Source: an uncultured bacterium (lineage in GTDB: Bacteria > Nitrospirota > Thermodesulfovibrionia > UBA6902). From it: a stretch of 55,057 nt of DNA. This document shows positions 54,928-55,057 of the stretch, in pieces (position 1 is the first letter of the stretch; each line of letters opens with the position of its first letter). The notes below the pieces were generated by a model. That model did no database searches. It was not told the origin of the DNA and saw nothing but the letters and a program-made list of their open reading frames with translations. The position numbers and the translations under genes were made by a program. The stretch is from positions 1 to 55,057 of the forward strand of contig CBFDEG010000002.1 in assembly GCA_965603765.1 (NCBI GenBank), written 5' to 3'.

Positions 54928-55057
54928 ATATAACCAGTCGTTGAAGATTGAACGAGTACCAGCAGGGACTTTATTACTTTTGATATTTTGAAGAGTGCAA
55001 ATCAGTTTTCAGCAAGTTATGATGCTACATGGTACTCGTCACTCAACTTTGCGTTAT
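54928..55057 (+). repeat. attC site 13 (partial; R' is cut by the window end)
   Basis: R'' is ATATAAC (54928), the complement of G+TTATAT. The window ends in ...GCGTTAT, the first 5 nt of R'. Confidence 0.8.

Larger units (their letters stand above)
45062..55057. mobile_element. chromosomal integron: intI (-), LexA-type box, attI, and at least 13 cassettes (+); the array is truncated by the window edge
   Basis: See the individual intI, attI, attC and cassette features. All 13 cassette boundaries fall at G|TTRRRY, and each cassette's first 6 nt are complementary to its own R'' box. Confidence 0.9.

Noticed and set aside
46528-55057. Regularly spaced imperfect palindromes could be mistaken for a CRISPR array or REP/BIME elements.
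   Set aside because: The repeats differ in sequence and length (71-133 bp). The units between them are 400-900-bp coding units. Every repeat has R''/R' boxes complementary to the cassette start. All of this is diagnostic of attC sites, not CRISPR repeats.

Overview
About the first 43 kb is ordinary chromosomal backbone from a moderately AT-rich bacterium that is probably anaerobic and uses sigma-54. It holds a Geobacter-type multihaem cytochrome (partial, at the left edge), a glgB-GH57-malQ glycogen cluster, gatA and gatB, and several c-di-GMP and two-component signalling genes. It also holds ftsH-folP, a large orphan lipoprotein, ppdK, glyQS, a small Fe-S/redox cluster, a PilZ-fused sigma-54 activator, and rpmE-DUF1385-prfA-prmC-murA. 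The backbone ends right after murA. A hipBA toxin-antitoxin pair follows, then a reverse-oriented integron integrase gene with an SOS (LexA-type) box, an attI site, and an array of at least 13 gene cassettes (14 ORFs, 13 attC sites) that runs off the right edge. I mapped every cassette boundary by hand. In 13 of 13 cassettes the first six bases are the exact reverse complement of the R'' box of that cassette's own attC. The cargo is almost entirely unrecognisable small membrane or exported proteins. This integron and its cargo are the accessory region most worth following up. Other items worth a second look:
- IntI has an apparent duplicated N-terminal core-binding domain.
- The attC sites fall into two structural classes, and the long class shares a conserved palindromic apex.
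- The PilZ-sigma-54 activator sits next to a candidate -24/-12 promoter and a small ORF.
- Twin 16-bp palindromes lie in the divergent promoter of the NifU-like/DUF1858 cluster.
- An overlapping 42-codon 4-Cys ORF is missing from the ORF track.
- A 36-bp inverted repeat lies between gatA and gatB.
- The cytochrome gene has no canonical start codon.
All family assignments come from reading motifs by eye. No database search was run.
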